Source of the DNA: Octopus vulgaris
Taxonomy: Eukaryota
Reading direction: 5' to 3'
Length of the DNA stretch: 64,000 bases
Assembly: GCA_951406725.2 (NCBI GenBank)
Contig: OX597821.1
Coordinates: 105,338,001-105,402,000 of the forward strand
Made by a program: the position numbers and the translations under genes. Shown here piece after piece: positions 1 through 12,264 of the stretch. Position 1 is the stretch's first letter. The number at the start of each line of letters is the position of its first letter. The notes beneath the pieces were generated by a model that saw only the letters and a program-made list of their open reading frames with translations, ran no database searches and was not told the DNA's origin.

Positions 1-57
1 CTGTGCGCCTTTCTAATTCTTCTCTTGTACTCTTTAGCGACTCTCCCTCTCATTTTT

Positions 58-153
58 ATAATAATAATAATAACAATAACGATGATGATAATGATGAAGT
101 TGATGATGATGATGATAGCAATAAAAAATAAAAAAAAAATAATAATAATAATG

Positions 154-189
<36 letters not shown>

Positions 190-198
190 GTAATAGTA

Positions 199-287
<89 letters not shown>
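58..287. repeat. (ATA)n/(ATG)n trinucleotide microsatellite
   Basis: Directly visible; explains poly-Ile ORF 25..387. Confidence 0.95.
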
Positions 288-425
288 TCTTTCTATTGAA
301 GGCCTGAAAGTTGCAGAGAGGGATCTAGTCGATTACATCGACCAGAGTACTCAACTGTTATTTATTTTATTGACCCAAAAAGAGTAGAAGGCAGAGTCGA
401 TCCTGGCGGAATTTGAACTCTAAAC
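286..425 (-). mobile_element. Partial SINE, family 1 (core ...gtcgactttgcc...gtaccagtt...gtcgat)
   Basis: Diverged match to copies at 26333-26567 and 30365-30895 (ggcagagtcga..ggcggaatttgaactc). Confidence 0.65.
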
Positions 426-446
426 GCAATAATGATAACTTGTTCT

Positions 447-936
447 TATTGCTTCTGATCGTCACTGTTTCTAAGTGTTGTCGTGTACATAATTTTTCTT
501 TATATAAAAGATGGATTACAGCAAATATTCTACTGGACACCAGATTTGCTTGTCAGTCGCTTGATCATAATCAGTTGAGCATGTCCCTAGGTTGCTGACA
601 ATATATATATCTCTGCGCACTAGCAGTAGTAGTAAGGGCGCATCATAGCCATGTGTGGAGAGGAATTTTGTGGGTTTAGAATAATTTACCTCTGGAAATA
701 TAGATCTTTCTTTTATCACCCTCAAGAAAATTTTATTCAGAGACCATTTGAGTGACATGGGTTACTTGACCTGAGGTAAATTCTAACTGAATCCCGTCTG
801 CAACGCTGTTTACCTACATGTAAAATCACCATTTTGCGCACATTTGGTTGTGATGCATGTGCCACGTGTACCCTTATCAAATAGGTAGTCGTGATGGGCT
901 TCGTATATTTGTACCCCAGTGTCGCTTTGATGGCAT
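447..936 (+). mobile_element. Diverged copy of the ~560 bp TAA-associated non-autonomous element
   Basis: Reverse complement aligns along its length with 37131-37690 (cagcaaatattct, cagttgagcatgtccct, catcatagccatgtgt, ttgtgatgcatgtgcc, ccccagtgtc.ctttgatggcat). Confidence 0.85.
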
Positions 937-2701
937 CACCTTGTTCATTAAAAGAACATGAATACACATACAGCCATCAATAGATACCAGACCTCACTTA
1001 TATGAGCAATGTGGTATAATAATATTTTCGAATGTATTCAGGAGAACAGCCAAATAAAAGACTTACGTGATAGAGTAGATTTAATATTTTGGTCGCCTGT
1101 CGTAAAAGAATCTCCGGTATAATTTATATTTTATAATTTTCTTTATCCAGTGGCTACAATACTAGTAGAAATGATAAATACTCCCCAAACCTAGGACAAA
1201 ACACACATTAATATGGTAAATGAGAATAAGTGAATGCCTAGTGAAGTATTAGTTTCTATTCAAAACATCTTGGAAATTACAGCAAATGAATATGTTATAA
1301 ACAAGCTTTAACATCTCGATCGATGTGGACTGTTAATGTGCTGCAGAGACAACTTTCTCTATAAAATACCTCAAAAAGAATCTCAGAAACATTATTTTCA
1401 TTGTTTAGTCGTGAACACATAAATTTATATAACTACAAATTTGTTAGAGAACCTTATACCATATAGATTTTGTATGACTTGCTTTCTTGTATTATTTATT
1501 TGTCTTTTGAATACAGAATTGTTCAGCCATTATTATGAAACGTTTTTACATAGGATAGCTTTTGTGTTTTCAGAACAAATATTATTCGCGTTAGCACTTA
1601 TAAATTCATTGAGAAACGAATAAGTCTTAGTGTACTATGAGCTTAATAACTCAACGTTAATATATTTATGTAGACAAGTGAAATATCACCTTTCTAACGG
1701 AATTTATACCAGCAATTGTGAAAGGAACCCTTAATAACAGTATTATGCGCTGTTAATATTGTAACCAACATATAAATATTGAAAATCGGAGATCACTCCA
1801 TTCTCTAAAGAGTCAATTTCCTCCCTTGTAATCCTTAAGCAGGTGATAAAGGAGAAGAAATAATAGATGAAATAGCTCTGCGTAATGCACGATGAAAATG
1901 GTTGGCATTTTATACAATACATCCCAACATGCAACCAGCAATGAATATAACATTATAAGACCGTTTTAAGCAACTTACATGGCGACTTGACGTAATGTAA
2001 TTTGATACACATATTCTCACTTGAAAACCTTTAGCAAACAGCGTGTTGATAAATTTATTCCTTTTTTCTTTTCAGGTGTGTGATATATCATTACAGTTAG
2101 TTGGTTACTCACTGTTTAATATTGCACATCATGTCACATAGTATTTGCAATCAAGAAAAGGTTAACATCTTTAAGGGTCTGGATATATTAACCTCTTTCG
2201 ATAATCAACAGATTAATACAGAAGTTTGATATAAGACCTATTATGTTTAATATTGATGAATCATAGTTTTAATTTCTGGAAAGGGACATTATTGAAGTTT
2301 TGAGAAGGACATCAACTTTTTGAATTTGTTTATCATCATGTTCATCATGGAGCTACAATTATTGATTCCCTCATTGTAGATTACTGTCTTCATTTTTGCT
2401 TGGGAATTGGATTAATTTACACGTTGTGCGATGTTCACAAACATCTTTGTAGTAGATTACGCGTCATGTCAATCAAAGCAACAGCAGTAGCAAAGACTCC
2501 ATTCTACTCAAAGAAAGACAAGAGGAGTCGTTATCGTCGAATTTTCAAATTTCACGTAATTGCACCACTGTATGAGCAGCAAATATAGTTGTACCAAACG
2601 TATTAATGCTACCGCCGTCTGCATCAGAAGATTCAGTGTCAATGATATCAAAAATATCATTGGAAACAGCTCTACTGTTAGAGGCCATAACAACAGCAGT
2701 G

Positions 2702-3120
2702 TGGAGGCGCAATGGCCCAGTGGTTAGGGCAGCGGACTCGCGGTCATAAGAACGCTGTTTCGATTCCAAGATCTGGCATGGCGGGTGTTTATTGAGCAAA
2801 ACACCTAAGCTCCGCGAGGCTCCAGTGGGGGAGGGGGACCCCGCTGTACTCTTTCACCACAACTTTTTCTCACTCTTTATTCCTACTTCTGTCACAAAGC
2901 AGAGGAACCATGGTGTAACCCACTATGATGTGGTAAACTTTCAGACCCTAGCCTAGATTGATAATCCTCTGTACCCCAGGATGGTTCAGCTCTCCACCCG
3001 TTGAAAGCCACTGTTTACGGAATGAGGATAACAACGGAGCTTTCACGCCCGTGCAACTCTCAGTCTATCGCGTGTGGTGGTGGGGATCTTCAAGTTGACA
3101 CACGCATTCTTATTAGCTTA
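2702..3120 (+). mobile_element. tRNA-derived SINE (head A) with its own 3' tail ending in (GAA)n
   Basis: A-box-like tggcccagtggttagg and B-box-like gtttcgattcc; head shared with 28244-28753 and 29221-29446. Confidence 0.75.
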
Positions 3121-3123
3121 GAA

Positions 3124-3158
<35 letters not shown>

Positions 3159-3423
3159 AGAAGAAGAAGAAGAAGAAGAAGAAGAAGAAGAAGAAGAAGA
3201 AGAAGAAGAAGAAGAAGAAGAAAAAGAAGAAGAAGAAGAAGAAAAAAGAAGAAGAAGAAAAAGAAGAAGAAGAAAAAGAAGAAGAAGAAAAGAAGAAGAA
3301 GAAGAAGAAGAAGAAGAAGAAAAGAAGAAGAAGAAGAAAAAGAAGAAGAAGAAGAAGAAGAAGAAGAAGAAGAAGAAGAAGAAGAGAAAAAGAAGTAGAA
3401 AAAGAAGTAGAAGATAAGAAAAG

Positions 3424-3457
<34 letters not shown>

Positions 3458-3469
3458 AAGAAGAAGAAG
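3121..3469. repeat. (GAA)n polypurine tract
   Basis: Directly visible; explains poly-E/K/S/F ORFs. Confidence 0.97.
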
Positions 3470-4659
3470 GCAACAGCAGTATTAACGGCAACGTCGGAAC
3501 ACATGCCTATAACGACATCAACGGCAACAATATCAGAATGGTTTCCTTTACTGGTGTTGTCTAGATCAGGAAAGTATGAAGCCTTCTTCTAGAAGATAAG
3601 ACAGTAAATTTAGAAGACAAAAATCGAATGGCAAATGGAAATGCTGGTGCCTTCTCATGAAGCTATAAGTGTAACTCTTAAAAAGACTTTCAGATATCGC
3701 TGCGCGAGTTTAACATCAATAAGTATGGAGACAGACACAGACTGAGAAAAAGGTTTCTTCTTGCTGCCTAACAGGGTAACAACATATGCGTTAGATAAAT
3801 CAGTTTGGTGAATTGAAGTATTCTTTGTGACCTTAGGCCTGTGTACAAGAACAACATTCATTCTCTACAGTATCTTCTTTGTCCTTTTATCTATTTATTT
3901 CAAAGAAAGGGTGTTGATTGTAAGCAAAGTAGAGATTCGCCCAAAGCTAGTGCTGAAGGGGAATCACATTATTTTATAACGATGTGACAGCACCAAATAA
4001 CTCTTACCGATTAAAGTCCGAGAACAGGTTATCGCTATCATTTGATCATTATTTCTGACACACGTGTTATGGGACCAATAGTTTATAGCTTTTTGATTTA
4101 GGCATCTCTCCGCCACACTCCAATAGGTAGGTGATTTGTAACTTTCTTTTGGAAAGACTTAGAAATTTGGCAATAATCAATTTCCCTTGACGTTCATGGT
4201 AAGATTATAGAGCTGGTCGTAAACTAATGCAAGTGAGGTAGCTTTCAGTTAATTATATATCGATAGGAGCAGGACAATTGCACTTAAGATATCTGGAGGA
4301 TTCCCGGATTAGTCAGAAAACGAGGTTAATGAATTCTAGTCAAGATGAAGAGATTAGAGAAATCAGAAGCGCAACTTAATTTCAAAGCCAAAATTTATTC
4401 GTTCATATATGGAAGACATTTGCATGACAATTGATTTCGAGGATATTGTATTTGTGTTTTCCTATAAGTTTTTGCGGCCTTTCTTGCCAGTGGGGTCTTA
4501 TTATTAACAAGCCCACTCATAGAGAGCAAACATCACCAAACCAACACCAAAAATACCCTCAACAATTTTAAAAATGGGAATAACTGTAATAAACTCGACT
4601 ACTCTCACAAATACAATATTAAAAATGAACCCGACCGCTAAGTAGAAATAAAAAAAAGG

Positions 4660-4868
4660 AAAATTAATGAATCCAGAATCCTTTTCTGATACCGGATCGA
4701 ACCCAAAACCGAATCAGTTTGTGCCAAACACTTGACCAAACATCTCTGAAAGTTTCATCAGAATCCATTCTGCGATTCTTCAGCTATTTGGACATCTTGT
4801 CCAGGGAAAAACAAACAAAGAAACACGTCTGCAAACAATACTTCCGCCTTTGCTAAGGCAGAGGTAAT
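4660..4868 (+). mobile_element. Helentron-associated (HINE/DINE-like) element 3' portion
   Basis: aagtttcatcagaatcc motif, short (caaa) repeats, then terminal hairpin acttccgcctt-tgct-aaggcagaggt followed by aataa, typical of HINE-type 3' ends. Confidence 0.5.
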
Positions 4869-4871
4869 AAT

Positions 4872-5070
4872 AACGGTTTCAAGTTTTGGCAAAACGCAAG
4901 GAAATTCGGAGGAGAGTTTAAGCCAATAACACCGGCTCTAGTGCTCAGTAGGTACTTATTTTACAGACAGCAAAATAATGAAAAGCAAAGTCGACTCTAC
5001 CGCAATTTGAACTCTGAATGTAAAGTCGGACGAAATGCCAGCTAGCACTTTGCCCGATGTATTAACGATT
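4872..5070 (-). mobile_element. SINE family 1, diverged
   Basis: gcaaagtcgac..atttgaactctgaatgtaaag..gacgaaatgcc matches other family-1 copies. Confidence 0.65.
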
Positions 5071-6073
5071 AATAATAATAAAGATGATAATAAGGAAACA
5101 TTTTTTCTATTTTGATAATGTCACTAGGGTTATCAGTAATAATGTATCCTGATAGGTTTTAGGCGAAATATAAATTGAAGTGATAAAGTAAATTCTTAAA
5201 ACATGAAATACATTTTCGTTCGATGACATATAACTTTTTTTATCTCATGATTTTTTCTTGCTTTGTTTATATCCTTCCAATTTTCAAAATGAGATTGTTT
5301 TAAAAAGTAGCTCGAATTACTCAAGGAAATTATACACGAAAAAAATTTAACAGAAAATTACGTTGAAACCATACAACGGAAACGATATTTTAAATATATT
5401 TTATGATTGTAACAAATTTTTGCCCGAACAGATTTTAAGAAACGTCTTGAAATACGTTATCCTTACTTGTTTACATTCATAGTTTTACATCTTGGGGAAA
5501 GATTTATTGTAGTAGTTATCAGAACGATGACTTGATGTTGGAAATGGTTTTGAGAGAATTACTATGATTTCAAATTTAATGAAATGATGTATGAAATAGA
5601 GTCGTAAACACAGTGATACTAATATCGGCACGCAAAAACACACACATACTCACACATGCATACACACATACATGAATACATACATACATGCAAACATACA
5701 TACATCCATAGGAATATAAAACGCACTGACTAAATACTGATCATAAAAAATGGGCATTTCAAAACAAGAAAGGAGATAGCTGATTGGATCTAAACCATCA
5801 CTGGAACTGTAAAAATCTGTAAAGCTTTCTAGAAGTTTATCACTTAAACATATATCAGCATGTCAAGATATGTAACTATATGCATAAGTATATAAATATA
5901 AAACAAAACATACAAATCAGCACATATAAACAAAAATACGCTGTAGTTCATGTTGAAATTCCAATGAAGAGGCTTTGGATCTAGGTTAGAAAGCGACACT
6001 TCCTCTATTGCCAAAGAATCTTGCAATAAAGCTAAATATGAACTTATATACGTAAACACACATACAAGCATAC

Positions 6074-6145
<72 letters not shown>

Positions 6146-6680
6146 ATTTATATATATATATATGTATGTATATTTATATATATATATGTGTGTGGGGGGG
6201 TGTAAAAATGAGAAGGTGTTTCTCTGACTTTATGAGTGCATCACTAAACTCGAGAACTATCCATCTGATTTCAGATAAATTTTACACATGCAAGGTCTTG
6301 GGACAAAAACGATTAAATTCTAGGCTAATGCGGCGCCGGGCAACCTCTTATTTCTTACACAGTTACAATATTATGTATCAAAAGTGAAACAATAACATCG
6401 CTATTGTAATGTGAGATACTACTTTCAGTGTTAATAATTTTACTATTAATACTATTATATCACATATATGCACGCATACACATGCACACACACATATATA
6501 TATATATATATATAATCAAAATAACCAACAAAATAAGCAGAGGTAATGCAGTACGATCGTTTCATGCGACTCCATTTAATTGAAGTATGCAAACATTTTG
6601 AATTATATGGATAATACCATACTAAATTCTGGTACCTTTAACTTAAGTACCATATTCATCTGAATCTAAATGTTAGTGAA

Positions 6681-6726
<46 letters not shown>

Positions 6727-6830
6727 TGTATATATGTGTATATGCATCTGCACATATATAAGTATGTGTATATATGTATGTAGATGTATAGATTTATAGA
6801 TGTATATATACAGACTTATTTGTATGTATG

Positions 6831-6886
<56 letters not shown>

Positions 6887-7029
6887 CTTTAAATGGATGA
6901 ATGAATTATCCTTTGTTTACCGTTAACATGGAAAATTCAATAAACTGTTACCAGGGTAGCAAAATTCACGCAAGTAACACGGATGAAGCGACCTATTATT
7001 ATGTCTTGTTGTTGAGAGATGCTCTCTTT

Positions 7030-7111
7030 CTTTCCTGTTGAGAAGATTGCATTTCACACGTTTTATACCTTTGGAATAAAACCATGTTGTCTTCGAAACA
7101 TATGTCGAAAG
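7030..7111 (+). ncRNA. Type-I hammerhead-ribozyme-like motif with CUGUUGA core
   Basis: Stem I CTTTC(7030-34)/GAAAG(7107-11); core CTGTTGA; stem II GAAGA/TCTTC; GAAA; palindromic stem III AC-ATAT-GT; GTC cleavage triplet. Confidence 0.6.
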
Positions 7112-7145
7112 TAAAAGAATTTTAACAACATCTTCGTTCAACTCC

Positions 7146-7176
<31 letters not shown>

Positions 7177-7580
7177 CTCTTTTACTCTTTTACTTGTTTC
7201 AGGCATTTGACTGCGGCCATGCTGGAACACCGCCTTTAATCGAGCAACTCGACCCCGGAACTTATTCATGGTAAGCCTAATACTTATTCTATCGGTCTCT
7301 TTTTGCCGAACCGCTAAGTGACGTGGACATAAACACACCAGCATCGGTTGTCAAGCAATGCTAGGGGGACAAACACAAACATACACGCACATACATATAT
7401 AGATATATATACATATATACGACGGGCTTCTTTCAGTTTCCGTCTATCAACTCCACTCACAAGGCTTTGGTCGGCCCGAGGCTATAGTAGTAGACACTTG
7501 CCCAAGGTACCACGCAGTGGGACTGAACCCGGAACCATGTGGTTGGTAAACAAGCTATTTACCACACAGCCACTCCTGCG
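7177..7580 (-). mobile_element. SINE family 2 (tRNA-like head, internal TA/CA microsatellite), near full length
   Basis: Head ggagtggctgtgtggtaa..gggttcagtccc, body gacggaaactgaaagaagcccgtcg, tail cagcatggccgcagtcaaatg; about 10 copies in the window. Confidence 0.9.
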
Positions 7581-7607
7581 TGTATATATATATATATATA
7601 TATATAC

Positions 7608-7684
<77 letters not shown>

Positions 7685-8984
7685 GAAGCTGTATTTTTTA
7701 GGATCTCACATTTAAAGGAATGCATGATTGGATACTGCAACAAGACTTTAACGTATTTAATTAAAACACTTCAGATAAGTAAATATGTCACTAACTTGAA
7801 TGGCCGAGTGCGAAGTCAATGGTAAAGAAATTTGTATGATGAATATCAGAAGTCTTTTCAAGTGCATTCCTCGCACAACATGCAGCAAGTCAGGGGACAT
7901 ATCCCTACCCATGATGTAGTAAATGTACTTTAGAACGTACCAATGTTAATGTCACTGTGTTGTATCTCACCTTGCCACAATGTTATCCAAAATTCTCTTA
8001 AGTCACAGCTTAAATACATTTTATTATAAGGAAGCTTACTTAAAGTAGACCTGAGATTAATCAATAACGTTTACTATGCTATGAGCTCCATACATTATGT
8101 CTACTTCGATACTTCTATCTACAAACGTATTATAGATTTTCATTTGCGATTTTATTTTTATATGAAAGTTAATGTATATTGTAAATCATATATATACACA
8201 ATTATGCATCATACTTTTGCTATTGAATGTATTTCTACGCTGATATTCAACTACACATATATTATTTACTTAAGTACTTTTAAATGATATCTTACCATTC
8301 ACTTTATATTCATATCGGAGACAGAATATGTTTCAGCCTTATCCTTTGAGAGATATTGTCTACGCTAGCTACATTAAAGGAGGATATGCTACAGATTGTT
8401 ATGTCTATGAACGGTATCATCGAGAAAATATCGCCGTTAAAGTTAGGTTCTGATTATAAAAATTATTGATTCTCCATTTTTCATTCAATTCCTTATAGTA
8501 AAATGAAAATCAGGATTCTTACTTTTATTGATCAACTATGTCCTTATATATGGGATTACCGTAGAATAGGATTTTCAAAGCAAGTCTATCCATAAACATT
8601 CATGTCCTTGCGGCATATCCTTTACCTATACGACGCCGCTTTACTTATGACCAATTCAAAGAATTCTACGTATTATCTCCGTGTTTCTTATTCTCATACT
8701 AGTTAAATACGTGAAATTGCTCTGCAGCTTTATATAATGAAATAAAATTTCATGTAAAATGCAGAACGCTCATATACATATTTAAACATACTTGCGCGCT
8801 AACATACAAGATTGGCACAAACTAAATACTAGCTTGCAAAATTGAAATACTACTATGCAAATATATACATACACCCTCAGACACAAGATCCACATACACT
8901 CACATACACCAACATATATTCAGAAGGATTGGCTTTTCTGTTGATTCGATGTGGTGTACTGGCATTTTTAAATGCATAAATATA

Positions 8985-9030
8985 TAATAATAATAATCAA
9001 ATTATCGTGTACAGTGCTCAGGTGCACAAC
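8985..9030 (-). mobile_element. Extreme 3' tail of the CR1-like LINE
   Basis: Reverse complement of gtgcacctgagcac.gta.ac.ataatt plus (att)n tail, as at 25860-25912. Confidence 0.6.
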
Positions 9031-9881
9031 ACACGCGCACACACACGCACAAACACAAACGCACACATACTTTTTGCTTTAAATTGATTCTCAAGGAGAG
9101 ACCGGGAACAGTGACACATACTGCTTAACTTTAAACCTTTACACGTACAGTAAAAATTGTTATCGATTATACAAGTCTACTCGATCTTTTGTCATAATGA
9201 ATTGTTGGTCAGAAGGTGAGAGTGAGGTGTGACACGCCGCACTGTGATCCAACTCCATAATTATGATCAGCAATCAAATTGGCTCTATCTGCAAATACAG
9301 ATGAACTCGAACGCATGCAGAAATCCACAATGTAAATAAGAACAGTAACATTACCAATGGCAAATATATTTTGTGATTGAGTAGTCCTTTCATGTCACCA
9401 CCGTACGAAATGTTATGGGTTAGCACCATCGTCGCTCCTTGAAGGTTTTACAGACAACACAGAAAAAAGCAGTTCAGTTAGAGACACGTATGTGCGGACA
9501 TGAGAATCTACTCTTCTGACGACCTCAGAGATCTCTTACTAATAAACTTTAATAAATCAAATCATACAATAACAAAAACAAATATAACAACATTAAAACC
9601 ATATACAATAACAAGCAAAACAGAAAATATACAACAGCAACCGCTCCTGTTAAATACACTAGTTCTCTTCTACAACTTCACTCCTTCATGAAATTGAGAC
9701 TGTGGGGGTACATAAAAGTTTTCTACGTAAATATACAAAGAAATATTTTAGTGTTGAGTTTAAGGTCATCTTCAAAACACCAGGAGAAAAACATCACAGT
9801 CAACACATTATAAGAAACTAACAAGTTATATACTGCCAACGTGATACGGATGTTTCAAAAACAGCAGTCAAGAAAGTCTTG

Positions 9882-9937
9882 AAGTATACTTGAAGTGGAG
9901 TGGTCACTGCCCTGTCCCCTCCACTTCAAGTATACTT
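9882..9937. repeat. Perfect 19 bp inverted repeat hairpin
   Basis: aagtatacttgaagtggag (9882-9900) / ctccacttcaagtatactt (9919-9937). Confidence 0.9.
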
Positions 9938-10384
9938 AATTACGTATTATTTGACAAAAAACTAAGTTTCACGTTAGCACTAATTGTGTTTGACGTGCAC
10001 CACCCATAAGAAGTTAAACAAAATCTTCTAGAACAGAATTAGTGTGAAAGGAGCATCGATAATTTAATGTTCCCATTTTACAAAACATGGGTGAGTTGAC
10101 CGTAAAAGTCACCGAGAATACTTGCATATAGATCTGCACCGGAATTCTTCACGATTATAAAACGTATGCATGTCGAGTAAACTGGATCACCATGAGATAG
10201 GAATATTGTGGTTTCGATATCGATGTGGAAATATCCCCGCCACTCCACAATATACTGAAGACTTTGTACTTGAATAAAAGCGAAAAAACTGTTGCTTCGC
10301 GACTATTGATCACTCATTTTCTGGCTAACGGTATGGGGTGGAAAAATAATATATTAGATTTATATTTGAATAATAGAAAAAAAG

Positions 10385-10803
10385 GTGGCTATGTTGTAAG
10401 CAGCTTGTCTCCCAAACACATGGTTCCTTGTTCAATAGCACTAGGTAGCTCCTGCTAGTGTAGACTTTGGCCGATCAGAGTCTTGCGAGTGGATTTAGTA
10501 GACGGAAACTGAAAGAAGACCGTTGATTATATATATATATATATATATATATGTATGATGTGTGTGTGTTTCTGTGTTTCTGCGTGTGTGTGTGTGTGTG
10601 TGTTTGTCCCCACAACCGCTTGACAACCCATGATGGTGTGTTAACTTCGCAGTTACTTAACAGTACGGCAAAAGTCACCGATAGAATAAGAAACAAGCTT
10701 ACAAAGAATAAAACCTGGGCTATATTTCTTCGACTAAAACACTCTATAAGTTAGTACTCCAGTATAGTCACCGTCAAATGACTGAAACAAATAAAAGAAT
10801 AAA
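10385..10803 (+). mobile_element. SINE family 2, diverged
   Basis: gtggatttagtagacggaaactgaaagaag, internal TA/TG tract, gtcaaatgactgaaacaa. Confidence 0.85.
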
Positions 10804-11499
10804 AAATGTTTTGAAAGTATATTGTGAGTAAAATTCTAGCACCTAATGCGCCAGCGAAGATAACTTCTACGCCAAGAAAAAAAATTAATATAATATACAA
10901 TCGTTGTTTTGCAATAAGTACACGAGGCACAAGATCCGCTAATGATACCAGGCTTGCATTATCTTACAAATTGGACTTGTGTGGAAGATTAGGAACTTGT
11001 GTTAGATGACATAACGCATATACCAGTCTTTTCCAGCAGGATTTACAGTCGGTTTTGCTGTAGTATTCGATTACAGACCGTTGACAACTGAACAGATTGC
11101 CTGGTAGAAGAAGCGCAGTGTTGTGAATCGTAATAATAACATTTGAGGTACAGCCGGCTGTGGGTAGATATCATGCATGTAGAACAAATAATGTTGGATT
11201 GATAGTCTACCCTTCCAGCTTTATGAAAACATGTCAATCTTATTTCACTTTCATTCTGAAATAGCTATCGTATAACAACGGCATGGGGTTTCTTCCATTT
11301 GTCTTAGACAGGAATGGTTGCGTGGAGGAAGCACGCACGTTTACTGTCCATAATATTATTGAATGTAAACCCGAAAGTTTTTTTGAGCGTTCCAGAAAAT
11401 GATTGCTATTTTTACTGGCTGTATGCAGAAATGCTTCCAATTCAAAAGATATATCTAAATTCTAAATTCTACCTAAATTCTACCCCGTGCGATACATCA

Positions 11500-11970
11500 A
11501 AGAAAGACTTCGGCTGAGCAGATCCATGTGGAGCCAGATGAAGCCTTCAATATATTTGGATATCTATACTGGGCGGCATTCATCACTGCTGCTGTTTTCA
11601 GCCTCGGTACAATGACATGGATCACACCAGTGTACAGCAGGATAGCTTCCATTCGATTTCTTTTGAATTTCCACATGACCTACAAAGTGTGTCCTCTGCT
11701 GTTGCTGAATTACTTATGGGTGGTACAGCAGCAGTAGCACTAGCGGTAGTAGTAATGCCAGCAGCAACAACAGCCGTTCAAGAATTTGGACCTGGAGATC
11801 TCTATTTCTAGCGACTTCGAGGGCCACCTTCCAGTGGTGTCGGGCGTCAACGATGAGCTCTCGACGACAGCAAGACGACCAACGTTTTTTTTTTTCCAAG
11901 GTTTTGGGTCTCCCGCCCTTAAGCCCTAGATCATCACCTAATCACCCTTACCCGTCTTGTTGCTCAACAA
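11500..11970 (-). mobile_element. Very decayed RTE-like LINE 3' fragments
   Basis: Minus-strand peptide MEAILLY resembles the RTE ..SILLYG motif; heavily frameshifted. Confidence 0.3.
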
Positions 11971-12126
11971 CAATAGTAGTAGCAGCAATAGTAGTTGTAG
12001 CAGAAGTAGTAGCAGCAGCAGCAAATCAAGTGCAGCAGGAGCTGTAGCAGTATAATTATTATCATCATCATCATCATCATCATTAGTATTAGTAGTAGTA
12101 GTAGCACCACCACCACCAACAACAAC

Positions 12127-12264
<138 letters not shown>

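Noticed and set aside
2702-2775. tRNA gene candidates at SINE heads (also 29221, 44286, 63459)
   Set aside because: A/B-box-like motifs continue into SINE bodies and lack a complete cloverleaf
3001-3504. Poly-E/K, poly-S and poly-F ORFs
   Set aside because: (GAA)n microsatellite read in different frames
6545-6670. Minus-strand GAAACGATCGTA hammerhead half
   Set aside because: No convincing CTGANGA core or stem I partner found
9510-9540. CTGACGA followed by a short stem
   Set aside because: No downstream GAAA or stem III
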